Of a DNA stretch of 64,000 bases, positions 1 to 13,921 are shown piece by piece. Position numbers and translations under genes: made by a program. The stretch comes from Octopus sinensis (lineage: Eukaryota), in assembly GCF_006345805.1 (NCBI RefSeq), contig NC_043002.1, positions 42,160,001-42,224,000 on the forward strand, given 5' to 3'. The notes beneath the pieces are model-generated. The model ran no database searches. It worked only from the letters and a program-made list of their open reading frames with translations, and was not told the origin of the DNA. The number at the start of each line of letters is the position of its first letter. Position 1 is the first letter of the stretch.

Positions 1-1754
1 CATGTAATATGCAACACAGGCAATAAACAAAAATGAAATAGAACAGAATGGTGACATTTAGTAGGGATGTCCCGGAAGTTGTTGCTCTTCGATTACTATC
101 ACACATAGCAGTAGCTTTCTTCAGCTGAATACACGTCGTTGATTGGTCAAAATTACCCAAATACAACTTTAACGAGAAATAATTTCTAAAATACGAAATG
201 TTGTCAAAAATGTTGAAAATAAACCGTGTTCAGCGTGAGAAATTACATCAGTATACAAAGTTTCAAACTGTTTAGTTAAACGGAAAAAAATATAATTTTA
301 AAATCTGTGAGCGAAACTGAAGACCTCCAAGGAATCATACGCTATGACTGGCGGTATGAGGAGCAATGAGTGAGACGAGAGTATGACTGGTAGGGGAAGA
401 AGAACAACCAGGACGGACTATATCTTTATATATCAATGCAAGAAACGTCTTCTGATTAAAGTTAAAACATTAGAATTAAAGTGTCCTATCTTATCATCCA
501 GTGATTTACATGTACCTTACCGTTAATGCTATGAAGACCAACGTAGAAGGGCGGTAACAGAAAAGCAATCTTGCTGGCTTGCTGGTCTGCACTGCGCAAC
601 ACAACAATGTAACAAGATATCTATTTATAGGCGAAGTACTTGAAATGAGTGTTTCCCAACCTGGATGCAAAGCTTTCATGGAATGAACGCAACACGCCCA
701 GATAAAATACTTTCAAAACGACGCCTAAAGTAAGATTAGCCTTTATATACGTGTGTATTAGTGTATGTGTTCTCTGTGTCTATGTATGCGCACATGCGCG
801 TGCGTGTGAATGTATGTATATATGAATATATGTACATACATATATACACACCTACAGTTATGTTTACAAACGCAAGAAAAGTGCACTCAATACATGATGT
901 GGTTGGGTTATATAAATGTGTGTGCGTGCGTGCGTGCGTGCTTGTGCGTGAGTATATGCAGGGATATCAGATAAGAGATCTAAGTGAAGAAAAATGGTTC
1001 CAATTATTTCTCCCTCCGCCATCTTTCTCTGTAAGTGTTGTAAGAATGTATATGTTGGATGTGCTCTTCGAGTGTTACACATTCACCAAAGATGGTCACT
1101 AAAGATGGTCAGTTCAAATGAAATGCTAAAGTTGGGACAATAATCGAACAATAGGAAACTATTATTCTGTCCCCTATTATAAGTATTATGCTAGTAGCTT
1201 TAAGGTAGCTTTGTACACTTCGTAACTAGTTGTATCATATCGTGGACAGATAATGGGAGAATATGTGGACTAGCAAAATAAAACCCGAAAGCGAGCAACA
1301 TTTACACCTGTACACATAGTATTTGTTACTTGCTTTTTAGACCCATTCTATTTCTTTCTGAATCACCATAGCTAACTAGTCTTTAATCCGTCCACTATCT
1401 GAATTCATTCACTCCTGACCTTGCTTTTTCTTTCTTATTATTTCGCTTTTAACTGCTTCCCTCGAGTAAATGCTACGTGTCTCTTGGTGAGTAACTGTAT
1501 GTATAAATTCGCAGAAAATTTATTAACTGAAACATATTTCTTCCTGAAATAATTATATTTTCTAGTATCATTATATAATCTGGTAATTATTTGTTTTCAA
1601 ATCTAATAATACACGCTCAGATACAAAGAACGAACAAGCCTTAAGTGAGTACCTTTTTTTTCGAGTAATAGATAAATCAAACTAGTAAGTAGGAAGGTAG
1701 GTACAATGTGTCAGTGGCCATCGTACGTAACGCAGCACACCATGTGTTACTCCA

Positions 1755-1918
1755 ATCGATTACATCGACCCCAGTGCGTAACTGGTACTTAATTTATCGA
1801 CCCCGAAAGGATGAAAGGCAAACTCGATCTCGGCGGAATTTGAACTCAGAACGTAACGGCAGACGAAATACCGCAAGCATTTCACCCGGCGTGCTAACGT
1901 TTCTGCCAGCTCGCCGCC
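1755..1918 (-). mobile_element. SINE family A (tRNA-like head plus Meta-type central domain)
   Basis: Head GGCGGCGAGCTGGCAGAAACGTTAGCACGCC with B-box GAGTTCAAATTCC, and core GCCTTTCATCCTTTCGGGGTCGATAAATTAAGTACCAG. Confidence 0.9.
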
Positions 1919-1981
1919 TCGAAACATTATTCTCAATAATGTTTCAATGATGAGACATCTTTCAGCTATGAATTTTATAGC

Positions 1982-3790
1982 ATGGCTTCAGGGGAGAGTA
2001 ACAATCCCCAAAAACAAACGTGACCCCATCCGTGAATGAAAAATTGGAACTTGTAAGGAAGTTAGAGGCAGGAGCTTCGGTGGCGAATGTTTGAGAAGAG
2101 TATAATGTTACAAATTAAATAATTTTGGGCATATACTAGGCTATGGATAAACTCACTACATTTTCATTGAAAAATAATTTTGATGCTGATTTCAAATGTC
2201 TCCGAGCTCGACTTAGCATTTCATCCTTTCGGGGTCGATAAAATAAGGACTAGTTGAGTACTGGCGTCGATCTAATCGACTTATTAGCACCCGCAAAATT
2301 GTTGGTCTTGTGCCAAAATTTGAAACCAATATAATGTTGATACAAATTCTAAATCATCATCTGTTGCTGCACGTAAGTGTTTGAGTTACAAGAGATACAA
2401 ATTTCGAAGAGTGACATAGTGGTTCATTCATTAAAGATTAAGAGTGTCACAGTTCATTCATTACAGCTCCCGTGTTACGGAAATTCAAAATGCTACTATC
2501 AAGTTAACTAGGTACAAGAGCATAAAAAATTTTGTAACTAGTGTTTGGTGGTTATGATGATTTAGAAATTGCTTTAGTATAGGTAACAAGATAGGTGAAG
2601 CAGGTTGTGCACGACCAAGGAAAACGAACAAAGCATGAAGAGGTTAAATGACTTATTTAAATGTGAAGGCTTCCCTAATTTCCCAGCTGTATAATGGAGA
2701 TGAAAGCGAGTTGTATTAGCGGCCATTACTCCAGAATATTCAAACTTGTAACAATGAATATTCCATACATGGCAATAAAGGAACGTTTGTCGTTGTAGGT
2801 ATGTGCCTTTTAAGGTTAATGGTGTTGGAGAGGTTAGCACGGCCAGGAGTTTTAAAGAACATAATACACTGACCACTAGTGTACTATTTCCATTCCAAGA
2901 AATCGTGGTTCAACATGTATATTTTTAATAACTGGGTTTTCTCATATTTCGTTTCTGCAGTACTTAAGTACCAAGATGTCATCGAAATTTTTACTGATGA
3001 GGTGAAGACATTTAATTTTGAATAAATATATGTTGTCCCAGGTGGTTACTAACTTATCGGTAACGATGAGAAAATAAGATGCATGTATATGTCACCTAAT
3101 GTCATGTCCACAGTTCGGCCAATAGAGCAAGATACAGTTGTAGCCTTCATTGGATTATGCCTACGAAGGTATTTTGATGATGTTCTCAGGGTGATAGAAG
3201 ATAATACAATGGAAGTAACACGAAGATAAAGAACTCTCAGTAACACCAAGTTAACAATATTCACTTTAGCATCGCTAATGACAATATTTTTAGCCAATGC
3301 TTAGAAAAAAATCTTAATGCTAGGATAAAATGTATTTTTTTAGGATTCGAGGCAAGAAATTTCTGTTATAGACCATAGACAGCGAGCGAAGCAAATGCTA
3401 CAGAAAACGGTGTCGGAATCTAGTTTGTAAAGACGAAGGCTAACCCTAGATAAGAATATTAACGGGAAAAGAAATTGCAGAATCTCTTGTCAGTGACAAC
3501 AGAGAAATTGAGGATGATGAAGACGACGAATCACTGTTCAAGAAACTCAAACTTTACATTATACAAGAAACACTTAATAACGTCCTTTTTCCGTGTAACT
3601 TGTCAACAGAAACTGATATTCAGCAATAATATTGATATATTGCAACCTTCAGGGGTTTAATTATCCGGAAGCAGTATCAACAAAGTAAACAGCTGAAGCT
3701 GTTTAGCCTTCTGGTGATATTGATGACCCGGCTACTGTTGATTCAGTCCCTCCTCATTCATCTCAGACATCTATAAGCTGGAAACAAGAA
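1982..3790 (+). mobile_element. Decayed pogo/Tigger (CENP-B/JRK-like) transposase, interrupted by a SINE at ~2205-2332
   Basis: Manual translation across stops/frameshifts: N-terminal HTH-like VTPSVNEKLELVRKLEAGASVANV*EEYNV (~2020-2115); QLYNGDESELY*RPL (~2684; cf. YNADETGL motif); MSPNVMSTVRPIEQDTVVAF (~3089; cf. LPPNxTSxIQPMDQG); acidic C-terminus EIEDDEDDES and IIRKQYQQSKQLKL (~3500-3700). Confidence 0.8.
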
Positions 3791-3984
3791 CTTGTGGAAC
3801 ATTGCGATTCTACTAACTTATAATTCTTTCTACTATAGGTACAGGGCCTGAAATTTGTGGGGAAGGAGCTAGTCAATTCTATCAACTTCAATGTTCAACT
3901 TGTACTTGTATTGTCGACCTCGGCAGAATTTGAGCTCAGAGCATAAAGACGGACGAAACGCCGCTAAGCATTTCGTGAGGCGTG

Positions 3985-4687
3985 TGCTCCTTGGAGATGG
4001 CACAGAACACATTCACTTTTGGTGAGTCCCTCTCATGCTCAACTGTGGAATGGGGATTTTCTTATGCTTATTGACTTTGCTATTTGTATGAAATGTGGCC
4101 TCATCACTGAAAACAATACATTCCTTGAACTCGGCTTCTTCAAGTTTTTCTTGAATATCAACACAGAATTGCTTGCGTTTTCGCTTGTCATCTGCCCTTA
4201 TGGCCTAAACGAGCAGCAGCTTGTAAGATTTCATTAGCAAGCGTTTCGTCAGGACGCGCCAAACTGCCGTTGGATGAATCTGAGATTCCAGACTTGTTCT
4301 TCTTATGAACTTCTTGGGGCTTCGCAAGAGTTTTTGGCGAACCCGCTCGACCGTCTCTTCCGATGTTAGTGGTCGTCCAGATCATTTTGCTCTGCACAGA
4401 CAGCTTTCTTCTTTGAATTTTTGTGCCATGTCCAATCTGCATTGCCGTTGGTGACTTTTTAGAGAACTTTCTCACAAATGCATGCTGCACAGTCTTGTTT
4501 GACTGTGTTCGAGCATACTCCAACACACAAAACGCCTTCTCTCTTCCAGTGAATGCCATTTCTATCCCTGAAAAGATAAACATATCAAACATTAAGCATA
4601 AAATTTTGACCTGTTTCTACACATTTCAAGAAGAACTGGCAGAGTTATTAGATTGCGAAATGATATCAAATTTTTTGGAACACCCTG
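3985..4687 (-). mobile_element. Tc1/mariner rosa-like (DD41D-type) transposon, 5' half (TIR, HTH, first catalytic D)
   Basis: ORF 4188..4592 begins MAFTGREKAFCVLEYARTQSNKTVQHAFVRKFSKKSPT. Downstream frame gives KRKQFCVDIQEKLEE..IVFSDEATFHTNSKVNKH..HERDSPKVNVFCAIS. TIR-like CAGGGTGTTCCAAAAAA at 4687 on the minus strand resembles the TIR of the 38514-39049 element. Truncated by a SINE at ~3985. Confidence 0.85.
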
Positions 4688-5323
4688 TGTATATATCCAT
4701 TATCGTAATCATATCAAAAATAGCATAACTGCAACTTAGGGCTTCTCATAACTTTGTTTCCTCATAGCTGTTTTAATAAAACTTTTTTTAGATACATTTT
4801 GGAGCATATAGCTTGCTCTTATACTGATGAAATTACTTTTTTTTTAACATACACAAATCAAATAATTTCCTACCTTCTTAACCATTCAATAACTTGCTGC
4901 ACAACGCTAAAAAAATCCTATAAAAATATCCCGATTGATATTATTCAGTATCAACATGAATTTGAAAGAGAAAATGGGAAAATATCCGGGCTTATGTTTA
5001 GCCAAATGTTTAGCCAAATTACAATACGGATGAAAACGTATTCTGGAAGATAATGTGCCAAGTTCTCCGTTCCTCTTATCTTAATCATTACGTTGAGCAA
5101 ATATCAGGAGTAAGTTATTGAATGATAAAATAAAATATAGATATCTTTTCCTTCTGAACAATAAAGATAATAGTAATTTTTAAAAAAATTAACAACATAA
5201 TTGTAATCTATTCCCTCGAAAACATCTCTGAAAATGTGCCATAAAAATATATGCATTATTAAAGGTGAGCATTTAACAGTGGTTATGCTTCAAATATCAA
5301 CACCAATCATCGCTGTTTGTGTA

Positions 5324-5327
<4 letters not shown>

Positions 5328-5411
<84 letters not shown>
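5328..5411. repeat. (TA)n microsatellite
   Basis: Pure TA run of about 84 bp. Confidence 0.98.
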
Positions 5412-5414
<3 letters not shown>

Positions 5415-6035
5415 TTAAACACACACATCCATATACGTTCATGCTTCAAGACGGTCGGAAGGAGCATTTAATGCTTGCAGAATATATATATGTACGTGTG
5501 TGTGTGTGTGTGTGTGCATATATACATATATAGCAGTAATGCCCGTCGTTGATCGGGTAATTGCTTTAACTCTTTCTCGGGAGTCACATTCAAAGTGTTT
5601 TATATAGAGATTTACTCCTCCTGTATGTGTGTATTTTATAAGAAAAAAACACGTGATAATTGATGTAGAAAAAAGATCAATTTCATACACAAACTTCTGT
5701 TTGTTTATTATACGACAATAATAAGTGAGTTGTATGTGTTATTCTATATATCAATACAGTAATGGCAATTATATATTACACAAGGCTTAGGCCGGCACGG
5801 AACTGTAATGAAAGAGAATTGCCCAAGTGTCGTACAGTGGGATTGAACCCAAGGCGACATGGTTGGAAAGTAAGCTTCTCAACCACACAGCCACGCCTAT
5901 AAAGGAGAGATACATTTTGGATAATATACTCCTTGATACACTATGTTTAACTAAAAGATGGGATGTTTACGGCGAGAAAACCTTTGATTTTAATATTTAC
6001 TCGAGCAACGCATCAACTAACAACGCTACACCATA

Positions 6036-6560
6036 CAGAGTGTTCCAGAATTAATTATCTGTTTTAATGAAACTGAGCAAATTAAAAAAAAAAACTGACA
6101 GAATTTTATGCTTATTACCAAAACAAATAATTTTATGAATTTTATGTCATACTTTCATTGAAAAATTTTGTCAAGAAGACGTTAGCGACATTTACTGTCA
6201 TGGTGCATCCATGACATACCCTCGTCTGGAGGTAAAATTTTTGCCCAAACGTCACTGTTACTTTGTAACACAAACTTCAATGATTTTGTGGAGAGAACTA
6301 GAGGAATTTTTTTGTTTTTTTACCATTTTTCAAAAGCATTCATTCATGCTTCTACCCATCATCCTGTTCAGTGTTGGAGTACAATGAAGGAACATTCGTG
6401 TTTACTATAAAACAGTTTTCAATACTTCTTCAGTGTTCAGAAAAATTGTTAATTTTAGATAGTTTTTTTTAAATATTTTTCTATATTTGTGAATTACTGG
6501 TGTCACGCCCTGGAGGGATGAACAAAATGACAGGAAAATTCCATCACATTTAATCAAAAC
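6036..6560. mobile_element. Possible highly decayed Tc1/mariner relic
   Basis: TA+CAGAGTGTTCCAGAA at 6034-6050 resembles the CAGGGTGTTCCAAAA TIR. Minus-strand translation is only weakly transposase-like. Confidence 0.3.
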
Positions 6561-6709
6561 TGCTTGATTAAGTGTTCTCTTTCCTTCTTTCACTTTTCTT
6601 CTTTCTTTCTTTTTTTTTTTCGTTTTCCTTATTGCCAATTACGAAAAAGCGAAAACTGATGACGTTGATTTGTCTCAAAAAGGACGCAGGATTCCAGTCC
6701 AAATTGGTT

Positions 6710-6734
6710 ATTATTATTATTGTCATTATTATAA

Positions 6735-6789
<55 letters not shown>

Positions 6790-6844
6790 CATCATCATCA
6801 TCATCATCATCATATCATCATCATCATCAGCATCATCATCATCA

Positions 6845-6880
<36 letters not shown>
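6710..6880. repeat. Compound (TAT)n/(CAT)n microsatellite
   Basis: Direct reading. Confidence 0.97.
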
Positions 6881-6984
6881 GCTGTCAGCTTGGCAAGCCA
6901 GCTTAACCTCGCTCCGTAAATTTTGTAAACAAAACAACAATTAAGTGTTGTATCCAGTTTGGGAATTTGTTTTCAACTAATAGG

Positions 6985-7340
6985 TGAGTTTATTTTCGAG
7001 TGTCGTTCCACAGTCATGGGGAGCACTTCGATTTAATTTTGCTCTGAAATTTTCCGATTCACGTTCTCATCCGTCAACCAAAGTCAGCGACCTCTACTTC
7101 CAACATTCTCAGTTCGCTGCATGAATTGGGCATGCGGTTCCATTTATTTCCATTTTTTTTTTTTCAGTTGTTCTTCCTTTTCTCGTTGAATTCTTCTACC
7201 GTTTCAACCACTTTTTGGGTTTCTCTGGCTGCCGAAAGTATTCTATCTCTACTCCGCACAACATAATTTTTCAAAACTAGTATCGCAGTATTAACAGTGT
7301 TTTCTGGGTTTAGTAATCATTTGCCACTGTAGCGTGCAGC
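6985..7340 (-). mobile_element. R4/Dong-clade LINE fragment (post-RT region)
   Basis: Translation LLNPENTVNTAILVLKNYVVRSRDRILSAARE..KWK*MEPHAQFMQRTENVGSRGR*LWL, matching the LHGQF..RWLWL region typical of R4/Dong ORFs (recognised from memory). Confidence 0.65.
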
Positions 7341-8099
7341 CATTTCAAATAATGGCGCCAATTTGTGGTAGCTGGCAATATGACGTAATGTATTGCCGAA
7401 GAAATATGACTGTCGTTTTTCCATTAGTTGAAATAACTGCTCATATAAGAATTCTGAAAATTAGTTAAAGAATATTTTTATGTGATTTCAATCCTTTAAA
7501 GTCAAGTTGAGCAGTTATAAAAACCCTGGATTTTGGGGATAACTTTAGTGTTTGTGGGATGTTACTAAACTCCACGTCACTCACTCCTTTGAGACATTGG
7601 CTATTTTTATGCTATGTCTATGATAAAAATCCATCAAGACTTATTTGAATTGTTGAGAACTATAATAGTATGAAGAATTAGCTAGGGTGAATTTTAAGTC
7701 GTAATTCTCTACGGCAAAATTACTTTACTTTCAAATTGTATTATAAATCCTAAATGTACATAAATAAACTAATGTAGTAATTATTTTCTCTTTCTTCACG
7801 TTCTTCAACTTGTTAATGAAATTTATTTCTGTAATTATGAAACTGTATTTTTTTATAGCGGTTAAAAGAACACGAATTTATTTATCTTCAACAGACATGC
7901 ACGCATAAAATGTCCGTTAGCGTTTCAGAGAATATATTTCTCGCTATGGCGTTTATGTAGCTGGAGTCAGGATTTACGTATAATGATAACACTTATAAGT
8001 AAGTTATAAGTGACTGGTTTATCAATATATATCCCTACTTCAAAAGTAAAATATATTTATCTATTTCCAAATAGGAAATATAAAAGTAGCGTTACACTA

Positions 8100-9130
8100 A
8101 CAGTAACAAAACTCCGCTATACCACCTTCCTTTCTTGGTTGGTAGAGTCAGTCAGTATTACTTTTAGGGTGGAGTGCGTTGTGTATTGTGAGCAGCTTTC
8201 TACTTCTTCTATCCAAGTTCTGTTGCTCAACTGCTATCCATTTCAGAGAGGGAGCAGAGTATCTCAGCACGGGCATAAACCACACATTTATGGCTTTAAT
8301 GATGTTCTCTCCATTTAATTTTTGTTTCGAACTCCTTCGTTCTCCTCTTGTACTCTTTAGTGACTTTCTCTCTCGTTTCTCCGTCCATTATCCTATCGTA
8401 TGGCTGCATTCCGAGATATTTGCATTCACCATTTTTCCATAGCGAGCTAATGATGTTGTCTCGCAATTTTACTCCATCAGAGTTTACCTTCTAGCATCTC
8501 TTCATAATTAATATTGCGCACTTATTTACTCCAAAGAACATTTCAGTATCTTTACTGAATACTCTTACTGTTTGGATCAAAGAATTTATGTCTGTCACAT
8601 TTTTTGTACACAACTTCAGGTCATCCATATAAAGTAGGCGAATTGTTCCACCTCCTTGTGTTGTTTTTTCTGTTTTCTCGTTTGGATTAACCTTAAAGTA
8701 GGCGATATATCCTTATTTTAGGTTTTCTCAGTATACTTATCAGGGGGATTAGCGCAATGACGAAGAGTAATGGAGAGAGCGGTTCTTCCTGGAAAATAAC
8801 CCTGCGTATTTTCACGTTGCCTAGTGATTCATTTGCATATGTCAGTTCTATGTTCCACAATCTCATTGCTTTCTCCAAAAAGTCGTTTATCTTCTCATTG
8901 ACTCCAAGCATCCTCAGATACTCCAATGTGGGACATTGTCGCAAGCCTTCCTGTAATCTATCTATCCAACAGCTAAATTCTTCCTTACACGTACTTTTTT
9001 TAATATTCTGCTATCTATATATAGTAGATCAGCTGTTTCCCTTGATTTCTTCCGACATTCTTTTTGTTCCTTTACCAATAAATTCTCCTTTTCCAGAAAA
9101 CTATTTACTTCATCTGCTATGATGCCAGAG
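8100..9130 (-). mobile_element. R4/Dong-clade non-LTR retrotransposon, decayed reverse transcriptase
   Basis: RT motifs across frameshifts: IDYRKACDNVPH, VKIRRVIFQEEPLSPLLFVIALIPL, LLYMDDLKL, KCAILIMKR, CKYLG, KLNGENIIKAINVW..VLRYS, LHPKSNTD*LYQPRKEGG. Confidence 0.9.
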
Positions 9131-9581
9131 TTTCTAGAGTAAAATTATTATTATTGTTGTTGTTGTTTTTCCGGGTTGATAAAATAAGTATCAACTGAGC
9201 ACTGGGATAAATATGATAGACTAACCCTGCCCTCCAAAATGTTGGGCCCTGTACCTATAGTAAGAAAGAATTATTATTATTGTTATTACTACTCCGTATT
9301 TTTCTCCCATTTCGCAAATCGTCCAAACAACTATTGATCTGGGAATCTGAGAGTGTTCAATGTGAAATACAAATATGTTTCGAAAGACAAATAATCATTG
9401 GTGGGAACAAAAGGGAACGTGGCGCTGTCCAGTTTTTAGTGGACAATGTATTTTACGCTTTAGACTGACTTCTACTTTTAGAAATAGAAGGCGACGTGTA
9501 GTGAAAACATGATAATTAACATGATCATAATAAGAGAGTGTATAAGCAGGTGAATATAATTGGAAGAAAGTGAGTGAAAGG

Positions 9582-9613
<32 letters not shown>

Positions 9614-9939
9614 AGAGGATAATTATAAACACGTGTTCTTGTGAGATGAAACAGCTGTATAGCATGTATGTGTTTCAATACAGAGTGTATGTATACGCGC
9701 ACGATTGCATATGTGTATGTATGCGTGAGCGTGTTTGTGTGTGTGTTGTGTTTGTGTGTGTGTTGTGTTTGTGTGTGTATGTGTGTGTATGTGACTCTAA
9801 TAGATAAAAAAATATTTGAATGTTTGTGTTTGTTTATGCGTATACAATCTTAGTGTAATGTGTATTAAAGTACACGCGTACACACATAAACAGACACCCC
9901 TTCACACACACACACACACACATATGTACACATACACAA

Positions 9940-11590
9940 ATACGACATGCACATATATGTATACATACATATATATACACATACACTTATACATACTCAC
10001 ACAAATACGACACGACACGCACATATATGTATACATGCATATACTTACGCATATACATACACACATAAAACACGACACGCACATATATGTATAGAAACAT
10101 ATACGTACGCATATCTACTACATATATAGAAAATCGGTGTCTGTTTGTTTGTGGCGTTGTTAGCCAACTCCTCCATCGTTTTATTGATTTAGATGAAACT
10201 TGAAACGTGAGTAGAACTCATGTCTAGAAACCTCGTGATATACCAAGATTGATGAAAAAATCGATAATACGGCCCCTGGGAGGGACTTTTATATCTACTT
10301 CATATAGCTAATCTTTTTAAACGCCCAGTGGAAATAACCCATAACCCTTGTACAATATTTTTTTAAACACTGAAGGGAAATAACCCATTTCATTGTTTAT
10401 GTTCGATTACTTTGAATATTGATTTTTTTGTGAGTCCAATTTCTAATTTTTGCAGACAATATCACTTTTATACTTTATTTGACACGTGAGTATAAGTCAT
10501 ATCTCGAAACCTCCTGGCATACGTAGATTGTTGAAAAAAAAAAAACGATAATAAGGCCCTTCCAATGGATCCTTCTATCTACTTAATATTACAAATATTT
10601 TATTTAAACAACCCAAGGGAAATAACCCGTACCACCTGCAGATGTTGATTCTCACGATCAGCCGACCTAATTCTGTATTTCACTATTCACAGTTTTGAAC
10701 TGATTAACATTATTTTTGCACTTCTTTAATTTGACTCTTAAACATTAAAGACTTCATTCATACATTTCAATACATACATACTTTTTTGAATGCCCATTAC
10801 TCCGATAATTCTGCATTTTTACATTAACACTTTTTCCCTGACAGTAGAAAAATTATTTTTATTCCACAACGTATTTGTAGTGGGTTCATGCAGGATTCGA
10901 TCCTCGATTGCCAAATTTCACTTAACACTTCTACAGCGCTTTTCTCACGGTAAAACAATAGTTTTTCTGTGAATGACAGTAGTTATACATTTCACAGATA
11001 CATTCGCTAAGCAGAATAATGCCTTTGCCTCTCGCCAACCTCCGACCACCTTTCTTACTAACCTCCGACAATCTTTCTTGTCAACCTCCGAAAACCTCTC
11101 TCGCCAACCTCCAACAATTTCTCCCTCCTCCAGCTGACAGTTTTTTGTACTTTTTCGTGACGGAAAATACACATTTTGTAGCAGTTATAACGATATTGCT
11201 TTCTTATATCAGAGTAATAAGGCGTTTTAATAGAACATCTTTAACCCCGGGTATTACCGGGTACACCAGCTTGTACATACATACATAAATATGACACACA
11301 CACATATATGTATACAAACATACATATATGCACGCACATACATACACACATAAGCACGATGCGCATATATGTGTATACAAGCATACATATACGTACGCAT
11401 ATACATACACACATAAACACGACACGCACATATATGTATGCAAATATATATACGTACGCACATACATACACAAAAATACTACACACACATATATGTGTAC
11501 AAACATACATATACGTACGTACATATAAACATAAACACGATACGCACATATATGTATACAAACATACATATACCTACACATATACATACG
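9940..11590. repeat. ~62-bp microsatellite-derived minisatellite, split by the Helitron-like insertion (repeat units at 9940-10113 and 11274-11590)
   Basis: Recurring unit ~CACATATATGTATACAAACATACATATACGTACGCATATACATACACACATAAACACGACACG on both sides of the insertion. Confidence 0.75.
10114..11273 (+). mobile_element. Non-autonomous Helitron-like element (~1160 bp)
   Basis: 5' A|TCTACTACATATATA then GTCTGTTTGTTTG. 3' hairpin CCCGG-gtatta-CCGGG (~11246-11261) followed by CTTG|T. Inserted between A and T with no TSD, in register within a flanking minisatellite. Confidence 0.7.
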
Positions 11591-11619
11591 TTAACATCTA
11601 CACACCCACACATCCTCTT

Positions 11620-12070
11620 TCTTTACTCCTTTCAGTCATTGGACTGCGGCCATGCTGAAGCATCGCCTTGTAAGTTTAGTCGAGCGAGCAATTAGACCCA
11701 GTACTTATTCTATCTGTTAATTGTTACCGAACCGCTATGTTACATGGACATAAACAAACCAACCCTGGTCGTCAAGCCTTGGTGGGACAAACACAAGCAC
11801 AAAGACATAGGAATACACACATACATACTCACACATTCATACGTACATACAGGCAAACATACATACATACATACGCACATACATACATACATACATACAT
11901 ACATACATACATACACTCACAGAGTTTCCGTCAACCAAATTACTCAAAAGCCATTCAGTGGTCGGCCTGGGGCTATAGTAGAAAGTTATTGCTCAAGGTG
12001 TCGCGCACTGGGGTTGAACTCGAAGCTACATGCTTGCGAAACGAGCTTGTTAACCAAATAGTCATACCTG
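11620..12070 (-). mobile_element. SINE family B (tRNA head, CORE-like segment, internal microsatellite, A-like 3' module)
   Basis: CAGTCATTGGACTGCGGCCATGCTG.. tail, internal (TACA)n, GTTTCCGTCAACCAAAT..TATAGTAGAA body and head. Confidence 0.85.
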
Positions 12071-12292
12071 CGCATACATACATACATACACACACACACA
12101 CGCATACTTACATACACACATATGTGCATGCATACAAACACACACATACAAACACCACACACATACCTACCTACATACATACATACGTGCATGCATACAA
12201 ACACATACACATACATACATACAAGCATCACACACATACCTACATAACTACATACACACATACATACATACATACATACATACATACATACA

Positions 12293-12332
<40 letters not shown>

Positions 12333-13603
12333 TACATGTCTACATACACATATACATACATATATACAAACACATACATACATACATACATACATACATA
12401 CATACATACATACATACATACATACATACATACATACATACATACATACATACGTACATACATATGCAGAGAACGCAATTTCTTAATTCATACACTACAA
12501 ATGATCACGATATCTAGAACTATAAAAATCTGCAAAATCTTAAGATTTAAAGAATAGTGAACAAAACAAGACACTTCCCTTCATAACCTCGTTACCCCCA
12601 AGCAGGTAACCAGTCAAAATTAACTCTAAATGAAAAGAGAATAGACATATGCACGCGCGCGTACACACACATACACACACATTAAGACATACACACACAT
12701 ACACACACATATAGACACACACACACGGTTTGGTATATAAACGAAAGAAAAAGTACTTTAATATAAGTATTAGAATTGATTGTGTACATGAATGTGCGTT
12801 TGCGTGCGCATATCATCGTGTATTTATATATGAATAACTATGTCCATTCATTCCCTTTAATAAAATATTTGCTGCCAGCGATTTGATTTTGTAAATCAGT
12901 CCGTATGTGCCTGATAAGAAAGCAAAACTTTGTTGGTGTATAAGTATAAAGTAACTATCACAGCTAGAACCATATTTCATTCAACTCTATCCAGAAGAGT
13001 TAGTCACACTAAACTCGACAGCAGCTTTTCTTAGGATCCGACACACTGCTCTCTTCATAATGCCCATTGAATCATTCATTCATACAAGCAACGAGACAGC
13101 AGACTATAGAAAATAATTTGATGTCATCTAAATGACCAGAGTTAACTTTTAGATAAGGTGAAAGTAAAGGAAAAAACTAGGAAGAATAGAATAAAATAAA
13201 ATCAATGGGTGAATAAAATACGCTTTGCCTAAAGTCGAACACTTCACATATACTCCATTCAACTTTTTCTGTCGACTAGAAATGAATATTAAAAGAAAGG
13301 ACGGAAAACGCCGTAGGTTTTGCATCTTCTTTTCATAGTGCCATTAGTATAGTGGACATGCGTATTGCAAGCCGGAGGCGAGCTATTGACGATGTACTGT
13401 GTTTTGTACAGGTCTCTAATAAACAATAATATTGTAAAGTATGGCTTCTGTCGTATAATAATAATAAAAACAACAACACCGTACGAATCATGTAGACAGA
13501 GCACTTGCGAGAGAATTAAACTGCGCAATGAAATACATACATACATACATACATACATACATACATACAAATGTAGATATGCATGTGTGTGTATGTATGT
13601 ATG

Positions 13604-13672
<69 letters not shown>

Positions 13673-13842
13673 GGGACAGAGAGAGAGAGAGAGAGAGAGT
13701 GAGAAAGAAAAAGAGAGCTATATATTTAAACGATCGATATGTATATATGTGTGTGTGTGTGTGTGTGTGCGTGTAAATATGTGTGTATGTGCATGTAAGA
13801 ATGAATGCATGTGTATATATGCATCTATCTGCCTATCTATCA

Positions 13843-13921
<79 letters not shown>

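Noticed and set aside
11274-11590. Regularly spaced repeats superficially like a CRISPR array
   Set aside because: Eukaryotic context, contiguous low-complexity units without unique spacers, and no cas genes.
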